DNA of 64,000 nt from Phoronis australis (Eukaryota; Animalia; Phoronida). The stretch lies in NCBI GenBank assembly GCA_002633005.1, contig NMRA01000040.1:1051805-1115804 (forward strand), written 5' to 3'. The position numbers and the translations under genes are program-made. This document shows positions 63,087-64,000 of this stretch, in pieces (within the stretch, counting starts at the first letter, position 1; the number at the start of each line of letters is the position of its first letter). The notes beneath the pieces are model-generated. The model ran no database searches. It was not told the DNA's origin and saw only the letters and a list, made by a program, of their open reading frames with translations.

Positions 63087-63278
63087 ATTGTGTACTTTTC
63101 CTGTTCCCAATCATTTGAAAAAAAAAGTAATGTAATGAAATTGTCATATTTTAGCCATAAGTTAGTTTTTTCACCTTGATGAGCTCATTTTCCCCTCCCT
63201 GGGTCGAAAGTTGGAATTTAGAAATTTTTATTAGAGTAGCTTGGTTTTTCTAGTAGACCTGCTTTAGAACCTTATTAT

Positions 63279-63422
63279 TGTGTAGATCATGTTACAGATA
63301 TACTTTCCTGTTCATGTGTAGATCATGTTACAGATATACTTTCCTGTTCATGTGTAGATCATGTTACAGATATACTTTCCTGTTCATGTGTAGATCATGT
63401 TACAGATATACTTTCCTGTTCA
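63279..63422. repeat. 36-bp tandem repeat x4 (TGTGTAGATCATGTTACAGATATACTTTCCTGTTCA)
   Basis: Four identical units. Confidence 0.95.
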
Positions 63423-64000
63423 ATGAAGTTATTATTGTTCTTTCTTCAAGTTTTGTCACTCACGATGGTCAAATTAGTTTACTGTCTTGTAAATTTCCCA
63501 AGACAGAAGTCAATCTTCCATGTATTTCTAAAGCCTTTAAGTGAACTCCTGAAGTTGTTTGCCAGGGTTTTGATGAAACAAACTGCTGGTTGAGCCTATT
63601 GTAGTCCATCTCACTGTTCTATCTTTGCCCCAGGCCCATGATTGTATTGTTCTAATTGTTGTTTATTCATATTTTCACAGCCAAAGGTAATAGCAGGGTT
63701 TGGTCTATCTGTCGAACACTTCTTACGAATCCCCGCTTGGTACAAAAATGTTATTCTAGGTGGTGGCTACAAAGCTTAAAATATACTGGCCACAATTCTT
63801 TTTAAACCACTGAACTCTTGACTTCATGGCTAGATTTAACGTATTACAAAGCAACAGAATTAGTTGTTAAATGTAGGAATTATCACTTCTAACCTTAATC
63901 TAGTGTTAGTCATTTTAATTTCTTATGGCATGAAAAATTATTTGATCATTGGTATAAAGTGGCTTTATTTGTTTTGACACTTCAGCGGCGAGAAATTTTC

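Noticed and set aside
63172-63218. Another hammerhead-like string (TTGATGAGCTCA...TGGGTCGAAAG)
   Set aside because: Stems I and III and the cleavage triplet do not form convincingly.
63278-63544. (MCRSCYRYTFLF)x4 ORF, or a CRISPR-like 36-bp repeat
   Set aside because: Units are directly adjacent with no spacers; eukaryotic intron; no cas genes.

Overview
AT-rich eukaryotic (bilaterian invertebrate-like) genomic window. It lies entirely within one + strand gene encoding an unconventional myosin VIIa (MYO7A/crinkled-like). I traced 27 in-frame coding exons (4415 nt, about 1471 codons). They run from the switch-II region of the motor through the IQ neck, SAH, MyTH4-FERM and SH3 into the second MyTH4; both ends of the gene lie outside the window. 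One intron is a minor-spliceosome AT-AC intron, and there is a candidate cassette exon plus a candidate stop-containing exon after the SAH. The introns are packed with nested transposon remnants: Tx1/L1, CR1-like and RNase H-bearing LINEs, two solo LTRs, piggyBac, Tc1/pogo, 6-bp-TSD hAT-like, Kolobok, ISL2EU, Ginger and Sola-like MITEs, Penelope-like ends, hairpin (Crypton-like) elements and Helentron-associated HINEs. The most notable observations are: (1) six co-oriented HINE copies whose ~450-bp (3 x ~150 bp) internal repeat carries a near-consensus CTCF motif in every subunit; (2) a 211-bp duplication flanking a LINE; (3) a hairpin whose loop is flipped between two copies of one element; (4) an inverted pair of U3-A8 variant minimal hammerhead ribozymes. 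TE superfamily labels are inferred from termini and TSDs by eye, not from database searches.
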